Source: Stegostoma tigrinum (lineage: Eukaryota). From it: a stretch of 64,000 nucleotides of DNA. The stretch is from the NCBI RefSeq assembly GCF_030684315.1, contig NC_081396.1, positions 4,216,001 through 4,280,000 of the forward strand, written 5' to 3'. Below the pieces are notes generated by a model. That model made no database searches, was not told the origin of the DNA, and worked only from the letters and a program-made list of their open reading frames with translations. Each line of letters starts with the position of its first letter. The stretch's first letter is position 1. Shown one piece after another: positions 1-14,520 of the stretch. Both the position numbers and the translations under genes were made by a program.

Positions 1-873
1 GATAGTGCCGAGGGATGCTACAGGTTGCAGAGAGACATAGGTGAGCTGCTGAGCTGGGCTGAGAGGTGGCAAATGGAGTTTAATGCAGACAAGTGTGAGG
101 TGATGCACTTTGGTAGGAGCAGCCAGAAGGCAAAGTACAGGGCTAATGGTAAGATTCTTAGTAGCGTAGATGAGCAGAGAGATCTCTGTGTCCATGTACA
201 CAGATCCTTGAAAGTTGCCACCCAGGTTGACAGGGCTGTTAAGAAGGCATACAGTGTTTTAGCTTATGTTAATAGAGGGATGGAGTTCTGGAACCAAGAA
301 GTTATGGTGAAGCTGTACAAAACTCTGGTGCGGCCGCATTTGGAGTATTGTGTACAGTTCTGGTCACCGCATTATAAGAAGGATGTGGAAGCTTTGGAAA
401 GGGTGCAGAGGAGATTTACTAGGATGTTGCCTGGTATGGAGGGAAGGTCTTACGAGGAAAGGCTGAGGGACGTGAGGCTGTTTTCATTAGAGAGAAGAAG
501 GTTGAGAGGTGACTTAATTGAAACATATAAAATAATCATAGGGTTAGATAGGGTGGATAAGGAGAGCTTTTTTCCTAGGATGGTGAGGGCGAGCACGAGG
601 GGGCATAGCTTTAAATTGAAGGGTGAACGATATAGGATAGATGTCAGAGGTAGTTTCTTTACTCAGAGAGTTGTAAGGGAATGGAACACTTTGCCTGCAA
701 CAGCAGTAGTTTCACCAACTTTAGGTACATTGAAGGCGTCATTGGATTAGCATATGGACATACGTGGAATAGTATAGGTTAGATGGGCTTGAGATCGTTA
801 TGACAGGTCGGCACAACATCGAGGGCCGAAGGGCCTGTACTGTGCTGTAATGTTCTATGTTCTATATTCTATG
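1..873 (+). mobile_element. CR1 LINE, 3' part (RT C-terminus, 3' UTR and (GTTCTAT)n tail)
   Basis: ORF 25-750 contains WQMEFNADKCEVMHFG, LYKTLVRPHLEYCVQFWSP and TRGHSFKL, typical of the CR1 ORF2 C-terminus; it ends in ATGTTCTATGTTCTAT repeats at about 850-873. Confidence 0.95.
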
Positions 874-1062
874 AAAAGCCCACAGATCAGGCAGCATCTG
901 TGAAGGGAAAGCAGAGCGTTAATGCTTCGAGTCTTTAGAATTCTTCAGTACTGAGGAAGGGTCGCGGGGCCAGAAACGTTAGCTCTGTTTATTTATTTAG
1001 TTCTTTCCCCCTTCACAGATGCTGTCTGACCTGCTCGGCTTTTCCAGCAATTTTGTTTTTCG
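874..1062. mobile_element. Palindromic Penelope-derived short element with hammerhead-like cores
   Basis: Arms gaaaagc..caggcagcatctgtgaaggg and cccttcacagatgctgtctgacc..gcttttc are inverted; the centre cttcagtactgagga has CTGAGGA(951-957)..GAAACGTT(973-980). Confidence 0.7.
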
Positions 1063-1364
1063 AATTCCGACTCCTGTCCCCTAACAATTAAACTGGAGTT
1101 TAGAAGCACTGGTCCAGTGGTATTTCCACTGCCAAACTGAAGCTGTCAATGCAGTCAGCATGTAGAGAAAGCTGCCACAAGTTGAAGTGCAATAAAAGTG
1201 TCACTTTAAGCCAGGAATAAAATTTCGAATCGATGACTGATGAAAATTCTCTTGATGTTTGCAAGAATATCACGGAGACTTTTCATCCATTCACTGGTCT
1301 AAAATCTATACCTGATTCTCTCTCTGCAGAACCTCACTCGCCAACTCATGTTTCCAGCGTTTAA

Positions 1365-1630
1365 CAAAGAATAATAGAATCCCCACAGTCTGGAAACAGT
1401 CCATTCATCCAACAGGTCCATACCGATCCTTAGCGCATCCCTTTTAGACCCATCCCCAGTAACCCACCCATTCTACTCATACCTGAACACCTACAGGCAA
1501 ATGAGCATGACCAATTCACCAAGCGTGCTAATCGTTGGGCTGTGTTAAGAAACCAGATCACCCTGGGAAGACCCACGCAGTCGCGGTGAGGGTGGAATCA
1601 AACCTGCCAGCACTGCTCATCACTGAGAAA
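1365..1630 (-). mobile_element. Decayed tRNA-derived SINE (HE1-like)
   Basis: Reverse complement resembles the SINE copies at 19117 and 41240; this block is absent from the duplicated copy near 11280. Confidence 0.6.
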
Positions 1631-2149
1631 CCATCTATTCTGGTATTCTCTCACATTTCTTTTCCCCAACACACTTCTCACTTTTAGTATAATTCGTTGA
1701 AATTTGAAAAACTTTCGCTTCATATCCAACAATGTGATCGTCACTGACCGTTTTGAAATGCTGCTGACCTGCATGGTTTACCTTTCTAAAGAAGGTTTAA
1801 TACAAATGATGGGTTTCTCAGTCAGGTTCAGGACAGGAAAGCAACAGTTGGCGTATTGTGGAACAGGTTCGGCATGCCAGGTCTTAAGGACAGGTCTCCT
1901 CCTCTGAAGGATAACACTGAATCATGTAGGTTCTTCAAATCTTCAGAAAGACTTTGATTATTGGTAATTAGGGTAGCATTTCATTTTAGATTATTTGAGC
2001 AATTGAAGTTAAAATGGCACAATAGGATTCTGGGACTTCACTTGAAAATTTTTGAATCCTTGCCAAGTATTCACTATGCCTCCTTCTGTACAATATGAAA
2101 TGTTTTGATAGGTTAAAGAGCTACACTGAGTTTGACTTCTCAAACAGGG

Positions 2150-4680
2150 GTGTCGTTGTTTCCTCCTTCTCGTTGGACTTAAAAAGATGGCTTTGAGCTG
2201 TATTTCTGAAATGAGGGATCCAAAGTGTCTGCAAAAGAGACTGCCAGAATTTTGACCCTGTTCCTGTGATGAATAAGTTACACATTTCCAAGTGATAATG
2301 GCAAGTGGCTCTAACAGAAGCTTGAAAATTTTGCCAATCCGATATATCTGCTGCTGCTGTCCTTCAAGATGGACGTGTGGGGCGTTAGTAGCCTGCTGTC
2401 TATGGGTATTAATAAATGAAGAAAATATATCTTATATATAGTATGTACTGCAGCTACCCAGTGTTATATTTGGACGTAGTGGATGCTTGTGGATGTACTG
2501 TCAACAAAGAGTGCTGCGTTGCCTGGATGATGTCAATCTTCTTCAGGGTAATTGACACTACACCCATTCAGACAGGTTTGCAGACATGACATTGCACTCT
2601 TGGCTTCTGCCTTTTAAACGATGGATGTTTACGGGAAGTCACAGGCGTGAGCTACTCGCCACTGGATCCCTAGCTGCTGGCCTGGTATTGTCACCACTGA
2701 GTTAATTTCAGGTTCCATTTCTCGGAAATGGTAAATCCCAGGAAAGTCACAGTGAAGAATTCAGTGAAGTCAACACAGTGAATGGAAAGGGGCCAGTCGT
2801 ATGTGATGTTCTTTAATTGGTGGTATTAGTTGTCTCGCCACTTTCTGGTGTCAATGCTACTTGAATATTCTTGTCTCAAGTCTGGATATTGTACAGACTT
2901 TGTTGCACGCTATTATGGACTGCCTTCATGTTTGAGGAGTCATGATTAATGCTCAATATTGCACCAGCATCGGTATCCATTTCACGTATGATCGTAAAAT
3001 AGAGCAGTGGTCACTGATGAAGAAGCTGATGACGATTGAACCGATGGCACGATTTTCACGAACCTGGATAGACACGTCCCGGAAGGGAGTTGACTGACCT
3101 CCAACAACCACACTATTTTCGTGTGTGTAAGCTACGTCTTTAGGCAGCGGGCAGTTTGTCACCTGATACCCATTAATTCTCATTTTGCCTCACTGGATGC
3201 CACGCTCTGTCGAATGCTTCTATGCAGTCAAGGGCTGTGATTCTCCCCTCACTTGTTGAACTCAATTCTTTGTTCATGTTTCAACCAAAACTGTAATTCG
3301 GTCAGCAGCTACGTTGGCCTTGAATAACGCAGAGTATGTTTCACTGAGCAGGTTATTGATGAACTGTACTGCTTGAATGCACAACCGATGGCGCCTTCCA
3401 ACACTTGTCTGATGCTTGAGAATAGACTGATTTGGCAGTAATTCACCAGTTTGGTCTATCCTCCGTTCTGGTTGATTTTCAACACTGTTGGTTAAGTATC
3501 AGAACATTGGATGCACTGGAAATGCTTGGCTGGCAGAGTGACAGGTTGGGAAGACATGCCATCAGTATTATTGCTTCAATTTTGTCAGGTCTCAGAAATG
3601 TTGCAGTATCTGGTGTCCCCAAACATTTGTTCATATCACGTGAACAGAATCGAATTCACTGAAAAAGTGATCTGTAATGTGACCACTAGAGGAGGCCAAA
3701 ATGGATCAATAACTTGACACTTGTGGTTCATTATTGCTGTCAGTTATTCAGCCTTGACGTTTGCACTGATGTGCTGGGTTCTTCCATCTTTGACAATGGT
3801 CGTATCCTACGAAACTTCCTCCTCCGATGAGTTCTTCAGCTATACCCCTCCATTCATGACTTGATATGGCAGCACTGCGGAGTTTAGATCTCATCCGTAT
3901 TTTTTTGTAAATTCACTGAAATCTGTCCATCACGTGCTTCCTATGCTATTTGATATGATAATAGTCACTCAGTGGTAGCTTCACCAGGTTTTAATCTCTT
4001 CTCTACTGCTGTTCCAGGGATAGCATCCTACACTTTCCATTAAACCAGGGCTGCTTCCCTCTCTTGGCCATACATTACGAGTGGGGAATATGCAGAACAA
4101 TACCATTGTTCACTGCGTTGGAGAATAATTCTGATTGTGTTGATGGTCAAAGCAACTCATTTCTGCCAGGTGTTGGATGACTTCAAATATCCCATTTAGA
4201 ATGCTGATTGTGCCAAACTACGCAATGGAGAGTATTCTCAATTTGAAGTGAGATTTCGTCCACCCAGTGGTCTTCTGATGATCATTTTTGTTTGATCTTG
4301 CCATGGGCAGATGCGTCTGCAGCCGGGGAATTGGGAATGAAGAGCCCAAATATACATTTTCTCTCTTGTTCGTTACCCCACCAGCTGCTGCAGGCTCAAA
4401 TTAACAGCAATGTCCAACAGGACCCAAGCAACTCGATGAGCAGTGTTGCCCTGCCTTGCGGTAGGCATTGAAGACACCTTCCAGGAATACATTCTGCATC
4501 CTTGCCACCTTCAGTAGTGACCCCAAATGTTGTTCAACGTGGAGGAGTTCTTATTCATCAATTGATGGAAGTTGACCCTTGGCCTTCATAAAGTGTTTTC
4601 TTTGGCTACGTTTAAACTGAAGACATGAAACTTCATGCTTTCAGAATCAACTTTGAGGGCTTGTTGTAGTTAAACATGAC
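2150..4680 (-). mobile_element. Decayed non-LTR retrotransposon (CR1/L2/Jockey-group RT), second family
   Basis: Minus ORF 2953-3183 has RT-like VVVGGQS..DVS; collinear with 11800-14520 and 19520-20930. Confidence 0.7.
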
Positions 4681-5780
4681 TAACCCATCAGGCTGTTAAT
4701 TGAAAAATATGTGAGAAAGTTTTAGGAAGAATATTATCAGGTTGGAGCGTGCATAGGAAAGTTTTATTAACATGGAAGGTTTTCCTCATCGGGAAAGGCT
4801 GAATACGGTCAGAGAGACGAACACAGAAACAGACTCTTCCAACGAATTCGTCTGTGTCGACCAGATGTTCGAAATTAATCTAATCTCAATTGCCAGCATT
4901 TGGTCCACATCCCTGTAAATCCTCCTGATTCGCAGAAGCTTCCAGGTGCTTTTTATGTATTTTAATTGCACCAGCCGCTATCACTTCCTCTGGATTTTCA
5001 TGCCATATAATCGCCATCCTTCCCGCGAAATATTTGCCCCTTATGTCTCTTCCAAATCATTTTGCTGCCAAAGTCAACCTATGCCCGCTTCGTTTCCTCT
5101 CCCCTACTCTGGGCAAAATATACTTTGGATGTTCACCTTATCCATGGTCGTCACGATTTAATATATTTCTGCAAGGTCACAATTCAGCCTCCAACACTCC
5201 AGGAAAAATAGTGCCAGTCTGTTCGTAATCTTGCTATCGCTGTAACTCTCGAAACTTGGCAACAAACTTAGAAATATTCTGCAAAAAAAATCAATTCAAT
5301 GACACATTTTCTCAGGCAGGGAGACAGAAATGAATGCATTTTCCAAAAGTGGCTGAAACAATGTCCGGTGCAAGTACACAACTGTAACATGACATCCCAT
5401 TTCCCATCCTCAGTGCACTGACCAGGAAAGACACTAAAAAGCTTCTTCACTGTTCTGTCTTACAAGTTATTCCACTATTGCCAAAGTACGAATCTGCACT
5501 CCAAGGTCTGATTGTTCAGCAGCACACCTTTGGATCTTTAGTAGATGAATTCCACCCAAGGTTGACCTATCAAAACGCAGAACCGCACATGTATCTAAAT
5601 ATGCTCAATCTGTCACTTGTTGACATCTTTTTTTCCCATTTGAGCATGATTTGGTCTTTCTCTGAGGAAACCATTTTGGCTGTCCATTTCGTGATGAATT
5701 TTGGTATCTCCAGATACTGACTAAAATTATACTTGCTATATTCACATTCAAATCATTTCTGTAAATGATGATAAAACAAT

Positions 5781-6145
5781 ACCACCCACTGCACCCCAAA
5801 ACCAGTCCAACCTGTCTCTGCCTCCCTAACCGGTTCTTCCTCTCACCCATCCCTTCCTCCCACACCAAGCCGCACCCCCAGCTACCTACTAACCTCATCC
5901 CACCTCCTTGACCTGTCCGTCTTCCCTGGACTGACCTATCCCCTCCCTACCTCCCCACCTATACTCTCTCCACCTATCTTCTTTACTCTCCATCTTCGGT
6001 CCGCCTCCCCCTCTCTCCCTATTTATTCCAGCTCCCTCTCCCCATCCCCCTCTCTGATGAAGGGTCTAGGCCCGAAACATCAGCTTTTGTGCTCCTGAGA
6101 TGCTGCTTGGCCTGCTGTGTTCATCCAGCCTCACATTTTATTATC
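5781..6145 (+). mobile_element. 3' fragment of Penelope-like element with hammerhead core
   Basis: C-rich tract followed by CTGATGA(6054-6060)agggtctaggcccGAAA(6074-6077); closely similar to the 3' end of the PLE at 56670-57036. Confidence 0.85.
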
Positions 6146-6149
6146 CCAT

Positions 6150-8000
6150 TTACTAAGCTGCATTTACAATTCAAATCACTTCCTGCTTTTCCAAAAAATT
6201 GTAAATCGTTTCATTCAGAATCCCTTCCAAAACCTTGCTCACAACTGATGTCAGTCTCACCACCCTATGAATCTCTGACTTTTCCAGACCATTTTTATTA
6301 AATAATGTCATCATGGTACCCAACCTCCAGTCTTCTGCCTCCTTGGCTGCAGTTTTTGATGATGCAATGATCTCAACAAGGGGTCCAGCAATCACTTCCC
6401 AGGTTACCCAATAATTTCTAGGCCACACCAGATGGACTTAAGGAGACGTATCCAACTTAAAGCTTATTGAGACGTACAACACCTCCTCTGTCGCATGGAC
6501 ATTGTTCAAGCTATCACTATTCATTTCCGGAAGATCCTGAGCTGATATAACCTTCTCCAATGTATACACTGACGCAAAATCCTCGTTTAGTGTTTGATCC
6601 ATCATCTGCCGTGTCGCGTGTAGATGGTGGTGCTGACCTTTAGGGGGACGTCTTCTCTCTCTTGTTACTATTTTGACTTTAGTACATTTGTAGAATAACT
6701 TTGGGTTCTCCGTAATTGTATTTGACGAAGTTATTTCATGTTCTGGGAGTGGAGAGTTTATGGGATGGGCGGAATAGACCGATCGTTTTTTTTATCCCTT
6801 GAGCATAGACGTTTGAGAAATGATCTTATGGAAGTTTTGTTTTTAAATCATGAAAGATATAGATAAAGTGAATAGCAGGATTTTTTCCCCTGAGGTGAGG
6901 GTGTTTCATGACGAGTTGTATATCTTTGATGGGAGAGGACAAAGAGCTATGAAGGGCAAGTTGGACTTTACTTTATCCAGATTGTTTCGTTCGTGGAATG
7001 AAGTTCCAGAAGAAGTTGTCGATATGAGCACAGTTACTGCATTTAGAAATAGCAGTTGGAGAACGAAAATAGGAAAGGATTGGAGGGATAGTACCCAAGT
7101 GCAGGCATGGGTGCTGGTTTAGTTCACGATTATGCTAGGCATGCATTAGTTGGCCATCGAGTTTGTTTCCTTGGTGTATGACAATGCAATTCGGTGATTG
7201 TCAGTTGGGGTTTAATTCATAGAATGTGAGCTGTTGCATTTTAGCCAGACACAGAAGATTAGGGCTTATATAGATAACAGAAGAGTTTCATGAGTGTTGC
7301 GAATCAAAGAGACCTGGAGTGCAGGCGCATAACTCCTTGAAAGTGCAGTCACATGTAGAGAGAGTCGTGAAGAAGAAATTTGGTCCGTTTGGCTTCATTG
7401 GCCATAACTCCGAATATTGGAGTTGGGAAGTCATGTTGCCTCTTTATGGAATATTCGTGAGTCCACTTTTGGAATACTGTGCAGAAATCTAGTCGCCCGT
7501 GGATAGGAAGGATTTTGTTAAACTTGAGAGGGGGAAGAAAATATTTGTAACGATGATGCCAGAATTGGAGTGTTCTCGTGTTAGGCAGGGCTGAATAGAC
7601 TGGGGTTTTCTTTCCCCTACACCATTGGAGGCTGAGATGACGTTATTGAGTGGCAATACCATGAGGAGCCCTGACAGACTGAATACCCAAGAACATTTTC
7701 CAGGGATGGGCGAAATACAATACTACACAATATGCAATTAAGGCAACGGGGAAATGATTAACAATGAACTGAGAATGTAATTTCTTTTCGTGAGGTGGAC
7801 GTTGTGTTTGTGAAACAGGTTGCCAGAGGACGTTTTGGAGGCATTCACAACTGCAATATATAGAACACATCTGGATTGGTATATCAGTGGGAAGAGTTTA
7901 CAGGAACCGGACAAATGCTGCCAAATGTAAGTGGGCCAAATTGGGATGTCTGATTGGCACAGATGAGTCGGAATAAACGGTGTTATTTTACTCAAGACGG
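6150..8000. mobile_element. Mosaic of decayed CR1 fragments (minus 6150-6740, plus 6750-8000)
   Basis: ORF 6171-6428(-) IAGPLVEIIASS..EDWR..LTSVVSKVLE and ORF 6850-7122(+) IDKVNSRIFSP..WNEVPEEVV. Confidence 0.75.
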
Positions 8001-9100
8001 ATCCTGTGAATCCTAAAGTTTTTTTTAAAAAAAACGTTACAAACACGAGTCACACATAAGCTGAAATACTGCGAATTGTTCCAAGCCTCGTATCGAAGGG
8101 AAGGTACACTGAAAATCGAGACGATCTTTACTGGGTTCAGTACAGTAATCCTGAGTGTGGAGGGTATGTCTTGTGAGTGGAGATTGTCTTTTTGACCTGT
8201 CATCATTAGAATACAGTATATTGAAAAGTGACATTTTGAAGCAGGTGTTGTTTTTCGGGTATTTGATAGTTTAAATGCTGAAGTGATTCCACATGGGGCT
8301 GATTTCACGAGCAAAGCTTATATTCTCGGAATTAAAGGTCGAAATTTTAAGGCAGAAGAGAAATTCTTCTCACAGAATGCAGTGAACCTGTCGAGTTCTT
8401 TGCCACGGAAAAATTTCGAGATTGCTTCCTTCAGTATTTTCATGAGTGCAGTGGAGAGATTTTTTTAAAAATTCAGGAGCAATCAATGCTCATGAGAATA
8501 AGATTGACAAATGGAGGTGAGGGTCATCAATTCAATTGTTATGTCATTGAACAGAAGAACGAATTACATTGGCAGAGAGCTTACTTCTGATTCCTGTTCT
8601 TTTTGACATTAAAGTTGACTTCTGCTTTAAATTATTGACTTCAGAAATATTGCAAGCCACATTAATGCTTCCCATCAACTGCATGTTTTCCAAGAACAGC
8701 ACAGGCGCTTCAATGTCTTCTCCTCGTCAACAAAAAAAAGGCAAGTCATCACACCATCATCCGTAGATCTCCACTTAAAAAAACAGATTAAAACAACATT
8801 TCAACCACAGTACCAAACACACCATTGTCATGGTAATTGTGGAAGTTACACACGGAACACATATCACATATTTTCTACCCCTACATACACAACATAAATA
8901 TGGATCCAAAATTTCAATGGAGGAATTCGTTCCCATTTTATTCAGGAATTAATAATTCCTTAATCACAAAGATAATAGTGGGAGATGAAGACCCCTTGCA
9001 CAATTGAATCGGACATTTAGAGCCCTTTCAAAGCTCACACTATTTTCAGAATAAATCTCCCACGACATTGGTCTCACCAAAACAGTATTGTCAAATGCAG

Positions 9101-9319
9101 AGATAGTTGCAAGTGCAGATGTTGGAGAGTCTAAGATAACATGATGTAGAGCTGGATCAACATCACATGCCAAGCAACAGCAGAGTAGCAGGAAAGCTCA
9201 CGTTTCGGCCCTAGACCCTTTCTCAGAAAATTAATAAGTGTCTAGGCCCAAATCATTAGCATTTTGTTTCCTGTGACGCTGCTGCGCCTGCTGTGTTTAT
9301 CCAGCTCTGCACTTTGTCA
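9101..9319 (-). mobile_element. Palindromic Penelope-derived short element with a 12-bp TSD
   Basis: Flanked by TGTCAAATGCAG at 9089-9100 and 9320-9331; inverted arms (agagctggat / atccagctct); minus-strand hammerhead-like core at about 9200-9227. Confidence 0.8.
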
Positions 9320-9787
9320 TGTCAAATGCAGCAGGTTGAAGATGCTGAAGAGGTCTGCATTCAAGTTTCCCTGAAAATGTTCACACTCTCAGCATATGTA
9401 CAATGTCGAAGCAGAGAAAATCTCCCTCCTCACTTTCATGCCGAAGATTCCATGAAATGTGCATTAAAGATTAATTACATACTGAATGTGCACTGCACAG
9501 TACAATCAAAGTTCTTCAGCCATGAGCACTACTGGTGAGATACAATGAAAATTCCATTGAAAACAATAACAGTAAATCCTCACAGCGACAATACAAGACA
9601 GTGCTCATGCTGTTTAAAGACTCTTCCATCAGTTCCCGTCAAGCCCTTCTCGGTCACTGAATATTTAAAAAATGCATTTTCAAGAAAACCTTGCTCGACG
9701 GGTTCAAGTGCCTCTATATAGAAACACATTAGTTGGACAAGAGGAGATGTTATTGAGACGTTGACTTCAAGTGATGGAGGGGATGGA

Positions 9788-9965
9788 NNNNNNNNNNNNN
9801 NNNNNNNNNNNNNNNNNNNNNNNNNNNNNNNNNNNNNNNNNNNNNNNNNNNNNNNNNNNNNNNNNNNNNNNNNNNNNNNNNNNNNNNNNNNNNNNNNNNN
9901 NNNNNNNNNNNNNNNNNNNNNNNNNNNNNNNNNNNNNNNNNNNNNNNNNNNNNNNNNNNNNNNNN
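9788..9965. other. Assembly gap (178 N)
   Basis: Run of n. Confidence 1.
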
Positions 9966-11799
9966 TCCGAGAAAGAGACAGAAAAAGAAATCTTGGTTGT
10001 GTCAATGTACTTCACAATTATGGTTTCTATACACAATAACTGAAATCACTCTGGTTCCATAAACTTATAAGTTAACGTTTAAAAAGGCCTCACATCAATG
10101 ACGATTGGAATCCATTCAGTCATTTGCATTTTTGCCTCTACATTTCTGCTGTGTCTGTGGGCGAAAATAAATTGCATTTTTGCTGTTCTATAATTTATTC
10201 TGAGAGATCTATTTCTGTTCTTATTTGCATAAATGCTTAGTTGGTTTCAAAGGAGAGTTGATGGTTATAAAGCCAGATGGTTGAAGTTATTTATTGATTA
10301 GTTTCAAATCAAAACAAGTTTATTTTAAGAATGTTGACAGTTCGCAGAAATGAATACCAATGTTCTTAAAATCACTTCAGACAGACATTACTTATTTTCA
10401 AAATATACTGAAAAAAAAAAGTTTAATTTTGGTTATGAATTAAGTCATGGAAATTCTGCAGTCGCTGTAAATGACACGTTTCTCTCCAACTAGATTTAGT
10501 CGAAACGTCTAATTGTTTTATATGTTAACCCATTTTGACAAGCACATATCTAAGAGCTCAACACAGCTCAAAATGCGTTTCAGCGCCTTAAAAAAAGAAA
10601 TAAAAAACTTGAAACAGACATCAGGAACTACCACAACAATTTAAATTAATTGTTATAGTTAAGTGTGCTTTAGACACACTTCTATTTTATTTTATTCATT
10701 CACAGAATGTCGATGTTACTGGCTCGGACAGCAATGAGTCACTATCCCAAGTCCCCATTCAGTAGGTAGCCAGTGCTACTCCAGAAGGCAGTCAATTACA
10801 ATACATTGCTTAGGGAGTCACATGAAGTTCAGAACAAAGAAAGTGTGCAGATTTCCTTTCCGAATGGACATGAACAAACCACTGCTTTTGGATTTTCGAC
10901 TGATTCTCATTACACTGTCATCATGAGACTTGCTTTTCCATTTCAGGTTTTCTTTGAATTAAGATTTCACTCACAACAAAAAGTGGGATCCCATGTCCTG
11001 TCAATTAAGCGTCAAATTAGAGTTGAGAATTACTGGGTCAGTGATGTTACCACAGCGATCTTGATTGCAAAAAATGTCGTTGACATGCACAGAAAGCTGC
11101 CACAAACATAAGAGAAATAAATCTGACATTTTATGTCTGAAATAAATTGTATAAGAATACATGTGAAAATTCTTTCTCGTTTACAAGATCACAGGAGACT
11201 TTGCATCCAATAATCGACCTAAAAACTGTTTCTGACTTTCTCTCTGGAGAACCAGAATTACCAACAGCGTGTTTCTAACATTCCTATTCTGAATATGTTT
11301 CAGATTTGTATTCTCCAGCACACTTCACACTTCATGAATTCTTGCTTGAAATATGAACTTTTTAATCACGTATCACAAGAATGTGGTCATCGCTGACCGT
11401 TTTGTGATGCTGCTGTCCTTGCAAGACTAACTTTGACAGATCTTTCTGAAGAAGTTTTAAAAGAAGCGATTGTCTTCATATTCAGGTTCAGGAATCTAAA
11501 AGAACAGGCACCGTATTGTGGAACAAGTAGGCCAGGCCAGGGAGTAAGGGCAGAATATCTCTTCTGAAGGACAGTACAGAACCATGTGGGCTTTTCCAAA
11601 ACTTTGGTAAGTGTGTGATTATCGCTGATGAGGCAAATATGTTCGTTTCCGTTCCTTGAACAAATTGAAGCTATCATGGCAGAAATTGAAATCTCGCCTC
11701 TGGGAATTTAAATAAGCTTTTGAATGCCTATCAAATGCTCACAATGCCTCCTTAATCACGTTATCAAACTGTCAAGTTAGTTTCAAGGATTTTTTATGA

Positions 11800-14520
11800 G
11801 GTTGACTGCTGGAATAGTGGTTCATTATTTCCCGTCACTCGTTGTACTCAAACAGATGGTGCAGTGCTGCCTTTCCGAAATGCAGGTTCCATAATGGCAC
11901 TCACGGAGGAAATTCCAGGCTTTTTATTCAGTCACTGTGATGAAACAGTGGTGTACTTCCAAGTCAGGATGATGAGTGGCATGGTGGGGAGATTCAGGTG
12001 TAGCCTTTCTGGGTATCTGATTCTCTTATCCTTCGAGAAAGAAGTGGTAGTGGGTTAGGAAAATGCCGTCAAAGGATATTGATAATTCTCCACAGTATAT
12101 CTTGTATCAGCTACTTACGCAAGCTGCTCAATGCCACATTTGGAGAAACTGGATGCTCGTGAATGCACTGCCATTCAAGTGAGCTGCTTTGTTCTGGTTG
12201 ATGGCAAGCTTCTTGATTGCAATTGACGCAACACCCATTCAGGCACTTGGGAAGGCATGCCATTCCACTCTCAGGTATTGCGTTTTCGATGATGGATGGC
12301 TATGGAAAGTTACAAAGGTGGGCTACTTGTCACAGTATTCCTGGCTACTGGTCTGTTCTTCTCACCATTACGTTTGTACGTTGTTTCCATTTCAGTTTCA
12401 ATTGGATAAGAAAATCTACAGTGTTGAGTTTGTAATAGTCAGTGACAGCGGCACCATTCAGTGTCAAATGGCGGTGGTTGGATTGTCTCTAATTGTCATT
12501 ATTCATTGTCTACCAGTTTTGTGGGCTGAATGTTACTTGCCAATTGTCAGCCCACGTCTGAATATTGTACAGATCTTGTTTTATTACAAGATAGATTTTC
12601 TCTATATCTGACGAGTTGTGAAAGATGGTGAGTATTGTGCCATCAACAATGGTGACCATTTCACATCTCATCTAATGGTAGAGGGGAGATTATTAATGAA
12701 GTACCTCAAGATAATTGCACCAGTGAAGGTACTGAAGATAATTGAGCCAAGGAAAATACCTTCACGAACACTGATCGAGATGTGCTGGAGCTGAGACTAA
12801 TGACCGCCAACAACCATATCAGTCTTCCTATGTGCAAGTTACGTCTCAAGGTAGCAGACAGTTTGTCAGCTGCCATGCATTGATTTCAGAGTCCCCAAAG
12901 ATCCATCGATGCCACAGTCAGTTGAATGAGACTTTGATGAGAATTGTTGTCACTCGCCCCTCATTTGTGAAGCTCAGTTTTTGTTCATCTTTGAACTCAG
13001 GCTGATATTCAGTCAGAAGTTGACTGGCCCTTGAATAACCCACACACTGCGTCACTGAGCCAGGACTGCTTTGCCGCAATGTCAATGGCAATTCAAACAC
13101 CTTACTGATGGCTAAGAGTAACATGATGGGCAGTAATTCGCTGAGCTGGATTATTCTACTGTCTGGCCAATTTTCCACATTGTCCGGTCAGTACTCGTGT
13201 TGTCAGTTCATTGGAAGTGCTTGGCTAGTAAAGTGGCGGATCTGAACACATGTAATCAGTATGGTAGACAGAATTTTGTCATGTTCCATAACGCTTGCAT
13301 AATCCAACGCCTCCAATCGAATGTTAAGATCCTTGGGGAGAATCGAGTTGGCTGAAGACTGATATCTAAAATTTTGCTAACCACAGGAGAAAGCCAAGAT
13401 GGATCACCCATTTGGAACCTCTAGCTGATAATTGCTGTTAATTCTTCAACCTTGATGTTTTCACTGATATATTGGGCTCTTCCATCTTGAAGATGGGAGT
13501 ATCTGTGGAGATTCCTCCTCCAAAGAGATGTTTAATTGTCCTTCTCAAATAATGACTTGATGTGGCACTACAGAAGTGGTTATGTCTGATCTGTTCACTG
13601 TCAGTTCACTTAGCTCTGTCAATCGCATGCCATTTATGTTGTTTGGCATGACAATAGTGCCTTTGTGATAACTTCACCAGGTTCAAACCTTTTTTTTCCG
13701 GTGCTGTTCCTGGGTTGGCATCCTGCACTTACCATTATACCAGCGCTGATTCGTTCTCATACTTGTAATGTTCGAATCGGGAATACGCAGAACCATGAGC
13801 TTGGGACATTGTGCAGGAAAATATTTCTGACCATTTTGGTGGCAAATCGCCTGAGTAATGGCAGATGTTGAGTTAGTTTATGTAAGCCATTAAGCGTGCT
13901 TTCAGTATCAAGCAACACAACGAACAGTGTTCTCAATGAGAAGTTAAGGCTTCTTCTCCAAAACATTTGTCTAGTGGTCACTCTCAGTGATATTGTCATT
14001 TACGGATGCATCTGCAGCCGGACGATTGTGAAGGATGAATTCAACTAGATGATATTCTCTCTTGTTAGTTCCCTCAGCAGGTGCTACAGAACCAGCCTAA
14101 CAGCTATGTCCTTCAGGTCCCGACCAACTCGATCAATAGTGTTGCTATGCCCAGTGGTAGACATAGAAATCCCCTCCGGGAGTACATTCTTATCCTTACC
14201 ACCTTCAGTGCTGACCCCAATTGTTGTTCAGCATTGAGCTATACTTATTTATGAGCCGAAGAAAAATGACGCACAATAATCAAAAGGTGTCTTCCTTTCC
14301 CGTGTTTAACGTGAATCCATCAGAATTCATGGGTCCAGAAAGAATATTGACGGCTATGAAAGTATGCTCCTTCCGTCTGTATTTCATAGTGTTGCCACCT
14401 GTGGTGGATACGTCCTGCTGAAGGAACATGACATATTCAGGGACAGTGATGTTTGTGTTATTTTCGTTTAACCATGAATATATGACCAGGCTGTTGCTTG
14501 ACCATTCTCTGAGAATGCTT
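11800..14520 (-). mobile_element. Decayed non-LTR retrotransposon, same family as 2150-4680
   Basis: Collinear similarity to 2150-4680; ORF 12918-13178(-) has remnants LPIMLLLAISKVFE. Confidence 0.7.

Noticed and set aside
9580-10043. ORFs spanning the N gap; the 9580-9787 minus segment looked vaguely Ig-C-like
   Set aside because: Length is an artefact of Ns; no conserved Trp or second Cys and no splice support
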